Shown one piece after another: positions 46,844 through 56,272 of a stretch of DNA of 64,000 bases. The stretch is from Bacteroidota bacterium. GTDB lineage: Bacteria; Bacteroidota; Bacteroidia; NS11-12g; UBA955. Where the stretch lies: contig JAIYAW010000005.1 in the NCBI GenBank assembly GCA_027488835.1, positions 40,307 through 104,306 on the forward strand, in the 5' to 3' direction. Below the pieces are notes generated by a model. The model worked only from the letters and a program-made list of their open reading frames with translations. It did not search any database and was not told the origin of the DNA. Made by a program: the position numbers and the translations under genes. Position 1 is the stretch's first letter. Every line of letters begins with the position of its first letter.

Positions 46844-46872
46844 TAAAAAAAGCCCAGCGAGCTGGGCTTTTC
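46844..46872 (-). terminator. Rho-independent terminator downstream of rpmE2
   Basis: Perfect 8-bp stem agcccagc / gctgggct with a 2-nt loop, flanked by a 7-nt A-tract on the plus strand (U-tract for the minus-strand transcript). Confidence 0.65.
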
Positions 46873-46890
46873 AAAAGGTTATTAAAAAGA

Positions 46891-47139
46891 TTACTTTTTG
46901 TTGTATCTTCTCATGAACTTATCGATACGACCTGCTGTATCAATCAAGTTTTGTTTACCAGTGTAAAAAGGGTGAGATTTTGAAGAAATCTCTAATTTGT
47001 AAAGAGGGTACTCATTGCCGTCTTCCCATTTGATGGTTTCTCTAGTGTCAACACAACTTTGAGTGATGAAACTGTAATCGCAACTCATGTCTTTGAAAAC
47101 AACTTTGCGGTAAGTTTTTGGATGAATATCTTGTTTCAT
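46891..47139 (-). CDS. rpmE2: 50S ribosomal protein L31, type B (zinc-independent form)
   Basis: [19 protein letters not shown]... with no paired CxxC zinc ribbon, and HPFYTGKQ near the C-terminus; 82 aa. Confidence 0.9.
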   Translation of the reverse strand: MKQDIHPKTYRKVVFKDMSCDYSFITQSCVDTRETIKWEDGNEYPLYKLEISSKSHPFYTGKQNLIDTAGRIDKFMRRYNKK

Positions 47140-47149
47140 TCTATGAAAA

Positions 47150-47185
47150 ATTCGTTATTTAGGGCTGCAAATATAGTGAAACAGA
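47150..47185 (-). promoter_or_regulatory. Putative sigma-A promoter for rpmE2 (minus strand: TTG, 21 nt, TATATTTG)
   Basis: The reverse complement reads ...aattgatttttttaattctgtttcacTATATTTGcagcc..., a TAnnTTTG -7 element about 30 nt upstream of the rpmE2 start codon. Confidence 0.3.
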
Positions 47186-47224
47186 ATTAAAAAATCAATT
47201 AAATCTAATCTTTTTATTAAAAAT

Positions 47225-49453
47225 CTAATCTCCGAGGCCATCAATATTTAAATCTCTGCCCACATCGATTTTATCACTCTTTGATTTACTGCAATCAAAC
47301 ATTCCAGGGTCATAGTTTTTTGGTGCATCAATCATCTCTGCCTTGTAGCTCAATTTGTTGCTCCGTTGTAATTGGTGCATAAAATTTCCAAAAATTGGCA
47401 TCGCCATTGCTGAACCTTGTCCCATTAAAGCCCCTTTAACCCTTACGGTTGGATCATCGGCGCCAACCCATGTAGCGCAAACCAAATTCTTCATTACGGC
47501 CATGAACCAGCCATCGGCTGCCCCCTGGGTTGTTCCAGTTTTACCACCTATGTGGCCAGAGATTTCGTATTTCCCTTTTAAACCATATGCAGTTCCATGG
47601 TCAACTACTTTTTGCAGCATGGTAAACATAGTCAATGCTTTTTCTTCCGACAATACCTGATCGTGTTTTGGCGTATTAAATTCTTCTAAAACATTGCCGT
47701 CTTTGTCTTCGATTCTCGTAATGAATGAAGGTTGAACCCAAAGTCCTTTATTTACAAATGCCGAGTAAGCTGATGCCATTTCGAATGGACTTAATTCAAT
47801 TGTTCCCAAACAAATAGAAGGCACTCGGGGGATTCTATTTTTTTGAATGCCAACACGTTCAGCAAATTGACCAACCAAGTCTGGACCATCATCGCCTAAG
47901 CTTTTCATAACCTGTGCAGTTATCAAATTGTCGGACAGCGCGAGACCTTTTGCCATTGTCCATACTCCGCCAGAAGTGCCGTCGAAATTCCTAGGGGACC
48001 AAGTTTCGCCAGTTTCGGTGACAAAAGTTGTTCTCTCACGAGGGAATTCTGTACAAGGAGTAAATTTATTTATATCTATTGCTGTGGCATAAACAAGTGG
48101 CTTAAATGTAGAACCAACTTGTCGGCGCGCATTGATGTTTACGTGGTCATATTTGAAATATTTGTGGTCAATTCCACCCACCCAAGCTTTGATATACCCT
48201 GTTTCTGGATCAAGGGCAATAAAACCAGCGTGAAGAATTTTTTTGATGTAGACCATACTGTCATAGGGACTCATGGTTGTGTCTTTATCTCCATTCCAAG
48301 TAAAAATAGTCATCTTTACTGGTTTTTTAAGTTCGGTAATTATTTTTTCTTGGTTGTCGCCCAATTCATCTTTTAGATTTTGGTATCGGGCTGTTTTCTT
48401 TAATGCGTCTTCAATAAAATTTGGAATTACTCTTCGGTCGGTAATATACCTCCATGGTTTTTCTTTTCCCCAGGATTGAACAAATTTGCGCTGAAGTTCG
48501 GACATGTGTTTTTTTACCGCAGATTCTGCGTATTCTTGCATTTCACTGTTGATGGTGGTATAGATTTTCAATCCGTCTTTGTATAAATTGTAATTGTGTT
48601 CTTTACACCATTTTTTCATGTACTCACCCAAATAAGTTTTGAAGTACGGAGCCATACCATCAATAGCGGCAGTTCTATATTGCAATTTTATAGGTTGCGC
48701 TTTTAATATTGTTAAACTATCATCAGAAAGATAATCGTATTTGTTCATCTGATTTAAAACAGTATTGCGACGCATTTTTGAACTTTCTGCATTGTATTTT
48801 GGATTGTATTTCCAGTTTGCTTTGAGCATTCCTATCAATACTGCAGCTTCAACAGTATTCAATTCTTTTGGAGATTTATTGAAAAACTCTTGAGAAGCAG
48901 CTTCAATTCCAAATGACAACCCTGAGAATGGAACGGTGTTCAAGTACAGAACCAATATTTCTTTTTTTGTATAGCGTCTTTCGAGCTGAACTGCAATTAC
49001 CCATTCTTTGAATTTCTGCATCATTCGGCCTAACTTCCCGCTTGGTTTTTCGAAACGGCTAAATAAATTCTTTGATAATTGTTGGGTAATTGTACTTGCA
49101 CCACCATCGGTTCCCAAGGATGCAAAAGCGCGCATGGTTCCACGGATATCAATTCCAGAATGGCTGTAAAAACGTATATCTTCGGTTGCAATTAGTGCTT
49201 TAATTACTTCCGGGCTGATGTCGTTAATTCCAATATTGGTTCTATTTTCTAGGTAATATTTGCCAATAATAACGCCGTCTTCACCGTAAATTTCCGAGCT
49301 TAATGCATTTTTAGGGTTTTCTAAATCTTCAACTTCTGGCATGTCGCCAAAAAGGCCATAACCAACTCCAGTAAAGAATAAAACGAGGAGAAGTATCCCC
49401 CCACAAACAAAATACCAAAATTTTGGGATGATTTTAAATGATAAACTGCTCAT
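47225..49453 (-). CDS. Penicillin-binding protein 1A (bifunctional glycosyltransferase/transpeptidase)
   Basis: GT51 motifs (ATEDIRFYSHSGID, GASTITQQL) and transpeptidase motifs (STFKP, KTGTT); N-terminal membrane anchor; 742 aa. Confidence 0.92.
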   Translation of the reverse strand: MSSLSFKIIPKFWYFVCGGILLLVLFFTGVGYGLFGDMPEVEDLENPKNALSSEIYGEDGVIIGKYYLENRTNIGINDISPEVIKALIATEDIRFYSHSGIDIRGTMRAFASLGTDGGASTITQQLSKNLFSRFEKPSGKLGRMMQKFKEWVIAVQLERRYTKKEILVLYLNTVPFSGLSFGIEAASQEFFNKSPKELNTVEAAVLIGMLKANWKYNPKYNAESSKMRRNTVLNQMNKYDYLSDDSLTILKAQPIKLQYRTAAIDGMAPYFKTYLGEYMKKWCKEHNYNLYKDGLKIYTTINSEMQEYAESAVKKHMSELQRKFVQSWGKEKPWRYITDRRVIPNFIEDALKKTARYQNLKDELGDNQEKIITELKKPVKMTIFTWNGDKDTTMSPYDSMVYIKKILHAGFIALDPETGYIKAWVGGIDHKYFKYDHVNINARRQVGSTFKPLVYATAIDINKFTPCTEFPRERTTFVTETGETWSPRNFDGTSGGVWTMAKGLALSDNLITAQVMKSLGDDGPDLVGQFAERVGIQKNRIPRVPSICLGTIELSPFEMASAYSAFVNKGLWVQPSFITRIEDKDGNVLEEFNTPKHDQVLSEEKALTMFTMLQKVVDHGTAYGLKGKYEISGHIGGKTGTTQGAADGWFMAVMKNLVCATWVGADDPTVRVKGALMGQGSAMAMPIFGNFMHQLQRSNKLSYKAEMIDAPKNYDPGMFDCSKSKSDKIDVGRDLNIDGLGD

Positions 49454-49491
49454 AAACGCACTACAAATATAATGTCGTTTTTTGAATTGCG

Positions 49492-52113
49492 TTATAATTT
49501 ACCATCCTTGAACAATTGCAGATAATCTAAAATGGTTAAGTTTTTGACAAGTAATTGAAAATTGGGTTGTGTAATCCAAACCACATCAAATTCAAACACA
49601 CTTTTTGAAGCAAAAAAATCTGTTTGTTTTGATAAGTATTGTTGATAGAATTTGGCTTTGTCTGGAGTGGTGAAATTCTCAATTGAAATGATGTATTTAC
49701 TTCCAATATTTACTGAAACGCCAATCTGTATATCGTCAAGAGAATATTCTTTTTTATTTAAGTCGCTAATACCCGCTTTGAGCATGTTGATGTTGGTGCC
49801 TTTTGGAACAATCAATATGCAATTCAATGGAGTTTTTCCATTGTGTTTTTCAAAAGTGTTATCAGATAAGGCTTTTTTAGCTAACGAATCTTTTGGCAAT
49901 GCCGCTAATTCTCTTGCGCGTTTGGTGAAATCTAAGATATTGTGCGCTCTTTCAGATACATCGGTATTTGGATAATCAACAGTGATTTGCTCAAAATATT
50001 CCAACGCCTTTGGTTCTTTCAATTTTAGAGCACAAAGTGCATAAACAAAGTCAAATCTCGGCTGATAATTGTTTCCTGCGTAACTTTTATCGGCGCCCAT
50101 TTTGATTTTTTTAGCCAAATCATATTTTTCAGCCTGATATGCTTTCACCATTGAATCGTAATAATTGGTGATTTCTTTGCTCGTTGAATATTTGTCGGTA
50201 TTTTCAATCGCAGCGGCTTGATTCGGATTATCGAGTAATTTTCTGTAAATACTTTGAGGGAAGTTCTTTTCAAGGTCAGCCCTTAATCTCTCCGCTTCAG
50301 CTACATTATCAACCAATCGATTCAATTTAACCAATTCGTAAAGTGTTTGAGCAAAGTATTCGGTTTTCGTATATCTATTTATTAAAATGTTATAGTAATA
50401 AATAGCTTGATTAAAATCTTGTAATCTATTTTGGTAAATTTCTGCACATTTAAAAATGGCAATTTCAGTTTCTTTTGATTTTTCTTCTTGATTTGAGGGA
50501 CTTAATGGCAATTGCGCATAAAACCGTTTTTCTTCTTTGGGTACATCGGCAAATAAAGTAGAATCTATGGTTTCTGACTTCTTTGATATACCTGTTGTTC
50601 CAGTTGAAGTATCATTTGAATTATTTACAATTACAGATTGTTTTCTCGATGAATATCTCCAGAAATCTTTATTCTCTCTTCGTCCCCAATTTTTAATAAA
50701 ATCTTCTTCACCTTTTTTTCTGTTTAGCATATTGTAAAAAGGGAAGGAGCTATTGGTGTTTGCCATGGCGTTATCCATGTCAGGATTTCCCGGTATTTGA
50801 TTCATGTTATCCTGAGGATTTGGCTTCGGAAACTTGGCACGGGCTTCTTCATTTTTTTCGCGTTGAATGGCTTCTTTAATTTTCACTCTACGCCAATCTT
50901 TATCATTCACCATTCTTAAAAGGGAGTCGTTGGATTTTATTTTGATTAAATTCTTCAATAAATCACCAAAGATTTCATTTTTTGCAACGATTGCATCAAA
51001 GTCTGGATGTTTTTCGTCTAACGATTGGTTTGCCGAATCATAATAAACTCCAGCCAATTCATAAAGTTTCTGGTTATAATAAATATCTCCAATACTCAAG
51101 AATGAAGTTGTTTTTTGAGCAGGATCATCTGATGAATAAATTGTAGATGTTTTGAATTTTTCGATGGCTTGATTTGTGCGTTTTGCATTGAATTCATTTT
51201 TCCCCAAACGATAATATATTTGCCCAATGTAATCAATGTTTTTATCGTCTTTCAACATCGATAATAAAATTTGATTTGCTTTGGAATAGTTTTTTTGTTT
51301 TACCGAAAGTAATTCAACACGTGAAATTTGTGCATTGAATGCAATTTCATAAGGTGGATTAAATCGATAAATTTTACTGTAATATTTTTCTGCAAGCTCA
51401 TATTCTTCAATTGCTTGAAATGCCTGTCCGAGTGCAAAAAATGAACGATATTTATCCATTCTATCGTGCAAAAATGGTATAACCTTTATGAGTAGTTCAG
51501 AGGATTGTTTGAATTTCTTTTGTTTGTGATAAATATTGGCAAGGGTAAATTGAGCTTGAGACAAAAGTTTTTTTGGTAAATCTTTGTTAATTAAGATAGA
51601 TTGTGTGGCTGCTTCTGCTTCTATAATTTTCCCATTTAAAAGCAAACCTTTGATCATCCAAAGTTTACTAGTAAATTGAATTTCAGGATCTTTATACTGA
51701 GATGAAACGATATCGAAAATTTCCAACGCCGCATTTACATCGCCTTTAAATAAATAGGCTTTTCCTATAAGTAAATATGCATCGTCAACCCATTTGCTTT
51801 TTGGGTGGCGGTCAATCATTGTCGAAGCACGTTTGATAACATCATCCATGCTACTCTGATTGCCTTTTAGAACTTCTAAAGTACCGTAGTTAAATAGTTC
51901 AATTGGTTTTCGGAAATCTTCAACGTAAGCTTCTCTGCTGAGATCAACAGTTTCTAACCATTTTTGTTCAGCATTAAAGTACGTATTGTAGTGGGCAAGC
52001 GTATTGTGCCATTGTTTGTAGAACCAGCTTTTTTCATTGCGGCACGACCATAGACTCAAGCAAAGCAAAATGCAAACGCCACGTCCTAACAATTTTTCCT
52101 TGCTGTGAATCAT
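49492..52113 (-). CDS. TPR-repeat lipoprotein, possibly the SprE/PorW-type T9SS/gliding-associated lipoprotein
   Basis: The track ORF (971 aa) is over-extended. A lipoprotein signal MIHSKEKLLGRGVCILLCLSLWSC begins at the ATG at 52113, giving approx 873 aa with many TPR-like repeats. Size, lipoprotein nature and TPR content resemble F. johnsoniae SprE (about 870 aa), so the family call is a hypothesis. Confidence 0.4.
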   Translation of the reverse strand: MIHSKEKLLGRGVCILLCLSLWSCRNEKSWFYKQWHNTLAHYNTYFNAEQKWLETVDLSREAYVEDFRKPIELFNYGTLEVLKGNQSSMDDVIKRASTMIDRHPKSKWVDDAYLLIGKAYLFKGDVNAALEIFDIVSSQYKDPEIQFTSKLWMIKGLLLNGKIIEAEAATQSILINKDLPKKLLSQAQFTLANIYHKQKKFKQSSELLIKVIPFLHDRMDKYRSFFALGQAFQAIEEYELAEKYYSKIYRFNPPYEIAFNAQISRVELLSVKQKNYSKANQILLSMLKDDKNIDYIGQIYYRLGKNEFNAKRTNQAIEKFKTSTIYSSDDPAQKTTSFLSIGDIYYNQKLYELAGVYYDSANQSLDEKHPDFDAIVAKNEIFGDLLKNLIKIKSNDSLLRMVNDKDWRRVKIKEAIQREKNEEARAKFPKPNPQDNMNQIPGNPDMDNAMANTNSSFPFYNMLNRKKGEEDFIKNWGRRENKDFWRYSSRKQSVIVNNSNDTSTGTTGISKKSETIDSTLFADVPKEEKRFYAQLPLSPSNQEEKSKETEIAIFKCAEIYQNRLQDFNQAIYYYNILINRYTKTEYFAQTLYELVKLNRLVDNVAEAERLRADLEKNFPQSIYRKLLDNPNQAAAIENTDKYSTSKEITNYYDSMVKAYQAEKYDLAKKIKMGADKSYAGNNYQPRFDFVYALCALKLKEPKALEYFEQITVDYPNTDVSERAHNILDFTKRARELAALPKDSLAKKALSDNTFEKHNGKTPLNCILIVPKGTNINMLKAGISDLNKKEYSLDDIQIGVSVNIGSKYIISIENFTTPDKAKFYQQYLSKQTDFFASKSVFEFDVVWITQPNFQLLVKNLTILDYLQLFKDGKL

Positions 52114-52180
52114 TGTGAATTGATTTAAAAACGATATTTTCGTATTTTTATTTCTCAAATTAATAAAATTTTCTTTCAAT

Positions 52181-52570
52181 ATGGTTAAAAGAAGTCGCAA
52201 AATTATCTCAAATCTTCGGAATAAGTATCGTTTTGTTTTAATAAATGATACATCATTCGCGGAAGTGTTTTCGGTAAGGCTAACACCATTGAATATTTTG
52301 ATCATTATTAGTTCACTTTTATTGGTTTTTGCATTCTTGCTATATCTGCTTTTTGCCTTTACTGCCATGAGACATTTAATTCCCTCAAAAATTAGTGCAT
52401 CAGACAAACAAGAATTGATAGAATTGAATCAAGAAATAGAAAATTTAAAACGTCATATTGATGTGACCAATCAAAAATCGCAGGTTTTACATAATTTATT
52501 GAATGGCAATGAGGCAATGTATGATTCTACCTCAGTACGTCCCTCAAAAATTGAAAAAGTAGAAAAATAA
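52181..52570 (+). CDS. Hypothetical single-pass membrane protein with coiled-coil C-terminus
   Basis: ATG at 52181. One TM helix (LNILIIISSLLLVFAFLLYLLFAF) and a coiled-coil-like tail (ELIELNQEIENLKRHIDVTNQK). Divergent from the TPR lipoprotein gene and upstream of the bactofilin gene. Confidence 0.45.
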   Translation: MVKRSRKIISNLRNKYRFVLINDTSFAEVFSVRLTPLNILIIISSLLLVFAFLLYLLFAFTAMRHLIPSKISASDKQELIELNQEIENLKRHIDVTNQKSQVLHNLLNGNEAMYDSTSVRPSKIEKVEK

Positions 52571-52685
52571 TTCTATTGGAATTTAATGACTTTGTTTTTA
52601 AGTTGTTCATTGTAAATTGAATATGCAATTCAAATGAAAGAATCTTTCTTTTTTGGAGGGAAAAAGGTACCTTTGCATTATTATT

Positions 52686-53075
52686 ATGCTGGGTAACAAC
52701 AAAAGCAAAGAAAAAATCGTATCTAACAATCAGGGCTTATTGAATTTAATTGGTCCAGGTACCGAAATTAAGGGAAACTTGATTTGTGAAGGTGATATTC
52801 GCATAGATGGCAAAGTTGAAGGCACTGTAACAGTGGGCCAAAGATTGGTCATTGGTGAAACAGGTACCGTTCATGGAAATGTTCAAGCGGCACATGCATC
52901 TATTGCTGGATCTGTTGTTGGAAATGTTCAATCAGCTCAAACCACCCAATTACATAGTAAATCCTCTGTAAAAGGAGATATTCATACGAGTCAAATTATT
53001 ATTGAATCCGGAGCAAGATTTAATGGTAAATGTATAATGGATAATCAAGTTTCATCTGAAACCATTGAAGCCTGA
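52686..53075 (+). CDS. Bactofilin (polymer-forming cytoskeletal protein)
   Basis: Beta-helical bactofilin repeats (GNLICEGDIRIDGKVEGTVTVGQRLVIGETGTVHGNVQA...). The track ORF starts at a TTG at 52653; the first ATG is at 52686. Confidence 0.85.
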   Translation: MLGNNKSKEKIVSNNQGLLNLIGPGTEIKGNLICEGDIRIDGKVEGTVTVGQRLVIGETGTVHGNVQAAHASIAGSVVGNVQSAQTTQLHSKSSVKGDIHTSQIIIESGARFNGKCIMDNQVSSETIEA

Positions 53076-53310
53076 GCAAAATAAAATAGAAAACACACGT
53101 GGTTTTTTAAAATATACTTCCATGGCATTTCAAATGATTGCAACAATTTTGGTTTTTTTGTTCTTAGGCAAATTTTTAGATAGTCGTTTTGCCGCAAAAT
53201 CAAGTTTAAACGGCATCCATCATAGAACTTTTCCAATTTTCACATTTGTAGGCACCATTTTGGGCGTATCAGCAAGTTTATATCTCATCTTAAAAACCTT
53301 AAAAAAATGA
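53065..53310 (+). CDS. AtpZ/AtpI-like small membrane protein preceding the ATP synthase operon
   Basis: 81 aa with two TM helices, immediately upstream of atpB as in Bacteroidetes atp operons. Confidence 0.5.
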   Translation: MKPEQNKIENTRGFLKYTSMAFQMIATILVFLFLGKFLDSRFAAKSSLNGIHHRTFPIFTFVGTILGVSASLYLILKTLKK

Positions 53311-53705
53311 AAATTTACAGCATAAAAATGGCCTTTGTTTTTATTGCAATTGTGGTTAGCACCTATATGGGTTCGTTGTTTTCAAATCTGAAACTTGGTA
53401 ATAGCATCTATTTCGCTGCATTTTTTCAGCTTTGTGTATTCCTGTTGTTGAACTATTATGTAACAGTTGGTCATAAAAAAAATGCAAATTCACAAATTCG
53501 CAGAATAATGATTGCATCCCTGTTAAGGATGTTTGTGATAGTTATCTTTTTAATTATTACCATGTTAAATCAACCCAAAGTAAACATACCATGGACGATT
53601 GCCTACGGATTGTTTTTTCTTTTGTATTTAATGTTTGATATTTCTAAAAATCATACTAACTTGCGCCCCGATTTGAAAGCCCCAGATGAAAACGGAAATA
53701 ACTGA
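53307..53705 (+). CDS. Hypothetical 4-TM membrane protein in the atp operon leader region
   Basis: 132-aa ORF overlapping the atpZ-like stop by 4 bp; four hydrophobic helices. Confidence 0.45.
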   Translation: MKIYSIKMAFVFIAIVVSTYMGSLFSNLKLGNSIYFAAFFQLCVFLLLNYYVTVGHKKNANSQIRRIMIASLLRMFVIVIFLIITMLNQPKVNIPWTIAYGLFFLLYLMFDISKNHTNLRPDLKAPDENGNN

Positions 53706-53727
53706 TAATCAATTGTTTTTTAAAAAT

Positions 53728-54855
53728 ATGTCATTCGTAAAGATATCATTACTCACCATGTTGGCAACGTTTTTTGCTGTCGCGGCTTCTGCCAATACAG
53801 AAAATGAACATGTTGCTGTAGCAGAACAGACTTCAGAAGTGAAGCATGAAAGCACTGCAGGAAATGTTGGAGAAGCAGATAAACACGATGATTCGCATAA
53901 AAAATCTGGTAAGTTTGATGCAGGTAAAATGATTCTAGAGCACATTGCAGATGCGCACGATTGGCATTTATGGGGGGAAGGACATAATACTGTATCTATT
54001 TCACTCCCTGTAATCATTTATACATCATCAAAAGGAATTACAATCTTCAGTTCGTCTAAATTTGAACATGGTCATGCTGCTTTTGATGGGTTTAGATTAG
54101 ATGAGGAAGGACATATTGTTTGGGTTGATAAGACCAACTTAGATAAAATTTATGATATTTCGTTGACAAAAAATGTAGTAGCGATGCTTATTGCGGTATT
54201 GACATTGTGTATTCTTATTATCACTATGGCAAATTCATATGTGAAACGCAAAGGAAAAGCGCCGAAAGGAATTCATAATTTAATTGAGCCTTTGATTCTC
54301 ATGATTAGAGATGATGTAGCTAGGCCTTCTATTGGGCAGAAAACGGATAAATTCATGCCATTGTTACTCACTGTTTTCTTTTTTATATTTATCAATAACA
54401 TTTTTGGACTTATCCCAATTTTTCCAGGAGGAGCAAATGTTACAGGTAATATCGCAGTTACCATGGTTTTGGCCGTTGTGATTTTTTTAACTGTGAATTT
54501 AAATGGAAACAAATATTATTGGAAGCATATTTTCATGCCTGATGTCCCAGTTTGGATGTATATCATTATTATCCCAATTGAAATATTAGGAGTAATTTTA
54601 AAGCCATTCGTATTGATGTTGCGTTTATTTGCAAATATTACTGCGGGTCACATAATTATTCTTGGATTCTTCAGTTTGATATTTATCTTTGGAGCCATGA
54701 ATCCTGCGGGTGGAATTGGAGTAAGTCCTTTGAGCGTTGCATTTACTGTATTAATGGGATTATTAGAAATGCTAGTTGCATTTTTACAAGCCTTTGTATT
54801 CACATTACTGTCGGCAATATATATTGGAATGGCAGTTGAAGAACATCACCACTAA
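53728..54855 (+). CDS. atpB: F0F1 ATP synthase subunit a, with long His-rich periplasmic N-terminal extension
   Basis: C-terminal a-subunit core (LRLFANITAGHIII, LVAFLQAFVFTLLSAIYIGMA). Start taken at the ATG at 53728 (MSFVKISLL...signal-like). Confidence 0.9.
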   Translation: MSFVKISLLTMLATFFAVAASANTENEHVAVAEQTSEVKHESTAGNVGEADKHDDSHKKSGKFDAGKMILEHIADAHDWHLWGEGHNTVSISLPVIIYTSSKGITIFSSSKFEHGHAAFDGFRLDEEGHIVWVDKTNLDKIYDISLTKNVVAMLIAVLTLCILIITMANSYVKRKGKAPKGIHNLIEPLILMIRDDVARPSIGQKTDKFMPLLLTVFFFIFINNIFGLIPIFPGGANVTGNIAVTMVLAVVIFLTVNLNGNKYYWKHIFMPDVPVWMYIIIIPIEILGVILKPFVLMLRLFANITAGHIIILGFFSLIFIFGAMNPAGGIGVSPLSVAFTVLMGLLEMLVAFLQAFVFTLLSAIYIGMAVEEHHH

Positions 54856-54892
54856 AAATTAAACAATCTAACCAAAAAAAAAATCTATAATT

Positions 54893-55153
54893 ATGAGTTT
54901 AATGAACACTCTTCTACAAGCAGCTGATTTAGCAGCAGCTTACAGCAAAATGGGTGCCGCTATCGGCGCTGGATTAGCAGCTATCGGAGCTGGTATGGGT
55001 ATTGGACGTATTGGTGGAAGCGCCATGGAATCTATTGCTCGCCAACCAGAATCAGCAGGCGACATTCGTGCAAACATGATTGTAGCAGCAGCGCTTATTG
55101 AAGGTGCTGTATTCTTTGCAATTGTTGTTTGTTTGTTGATTCTTTTCTTGTAA
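54893..55153 (+). CDS. atpE: F0F1 ATP synthase subunit c
   Basis: GAAIGAGLAAIGAGMGIG...ARQPE...AALIEGAVFFAIVV hairpin proteolipid. Confidence 0.85.
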   Translation: MSLMNTLLQAADLAAAYSKMGAAIGAGLAAIGAGMGIGRIGGSAMESIARQPESAGDIRANMIVAAALIEGAVFFAIVVCLLILFL

Positions 55154-55214
55154 GTAAATCACAGGGACCAATTTCGGTTGGTCCCTTTTTTTTAACAAAA
55201 ATCAAACCAAACCA

Positions 55215-55724
55215 ATGGGATTAGTAACACCAGCAATAGGATTAGTATTTTGGATGCTCGTAACATTTACGTTGTTACTTGTAATCTTGAAAAAATTTGC
55301 TTGGAAGCCAATTTTAAGTTCTATTAAAGAACGTGAAGAGACAATCGAAAATGCATTGTCAATGGCTGAAAAAGCAAAAGAAGATATGGCACGTTTACAA
55401 GGCGAAAATCAGGCTTTATTGGCTGAAGCTCGTCAAGAACGTGATTCAATGATGCGCGAAGCGAAAGAAATTAAAGAAAAAATTATCAGCGATGCAAAAG
55501 GTATGGCAGATGAAGAAGCTAAAAAATTGATTGCACGTGCGAATGACGAAATTAACAAACAGAAATTTGCAGCAATGGAAGAATTGAAAAAAGAAGTAGC
55601 TAGTTTTTCAGTACAAATTGCAGAAAAATTGGTAGCAGCAAAATTGGAAGACAATGCGGCTCAACAAGCTTTGATTGCAAATCATCTTTCTGATTTGACC
55701 AAAAATCCATCTGCAACCGCTTAA
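55215..55724 (+). CDS. atpF: F0F1 ATP synthase subunit b
   Basis: N-terminal TM helix followed by a long charged helix (EERE..AEKAKED...); 169 aa. Confidence 0.85.
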   Translation: MGLVTPAIGLVFWMLVTFTLLLVILKKFAWKPILSSIKEREETIENALSMAEKAKEDMARLQGENQALLAEARQERDSMMREAKEIKEKIISDAKGMADEEAKKLIARANDEINKQKFAAMEELKKEVASFSVQIAEKLVAAKLEDNAAQQALIANHLSDLTKNPSATA

Positions 55725-55726
55725 CT

Positions 55727-56266
55727 ATGTCAAATTTTCGCATAGCATCCCGATACGCAAAAGCATTATTTGATAGATCAATTGAAACTTCATCGTTAGA
55801 TGTTGTTAAAAATGATATTGATCATTTGAATGCATTAGTAGCGGAAAGTAGAGAATTCGTGCTTTTTTTGCAAAGTCCTTTGTACAAAAAAAGTAGCAAA
55901 CAAGATGCATTGAAGAAATTATTTGCTTCAGCAGATCAATTAACTTTAAATGTATTTTTACTCATGGCAGAGAAGCATCGTGAATCGATGATTCCTGAAA
56001 TGGGAGTTGCATTTTTAAGAATGTATAACAACCACAATCAAATTGTTGAAGTTACTGTTGAATCAGCGGTATCGCTTGACAACAAGACAATTATGGAAAT
56101 TGAAACGTATGTCAAGGCGCAGTCAAATGCCAAAACGATTCAATTAACTCAAAACATTAACCCATCATTAATTGGTGGTTTAACAATTGAATTTGGCGGT
56201 AAAATTTATGATAATACCGTATCTAACCAACTAAGAAAAATTAAAAAAGAACTTCAATTAGCATAA
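55727..56266 (+). CDS. atpH: F0F1 ATP synthase subunit delta
   Basis: RYAKALFD N-terminal OSCP motif; 179 aa; lies between atpF and atpA. Confidence 0.8.
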   Translation: MSNFRIASRYAKALFDRSIETSSLDVVKNDIDHLNALVAESREFVLFLQSPLYKKSSKQDALKKLFASADQLTLNVFLLMAEKHRESMIPEMGVAFLRMYNNHNQIVEVTVESAVSLDNKTIMEIETYVKAQSNAKTIQLTQNINPSLIGGLTIEFGGKIYDNTVSNQLRKIKKELQLA

Positions 56267-56272
56267 AACATC

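Noticed and set aside
52114-52407. N-terminal 98-codon extension of the 971-aa ORF
   Set aside because: The extension precedes an obvious lipoprotein signal peptide and overlaps a divergent plus-strand ORF. It is most likely an artefact of the longest-ORF calling.
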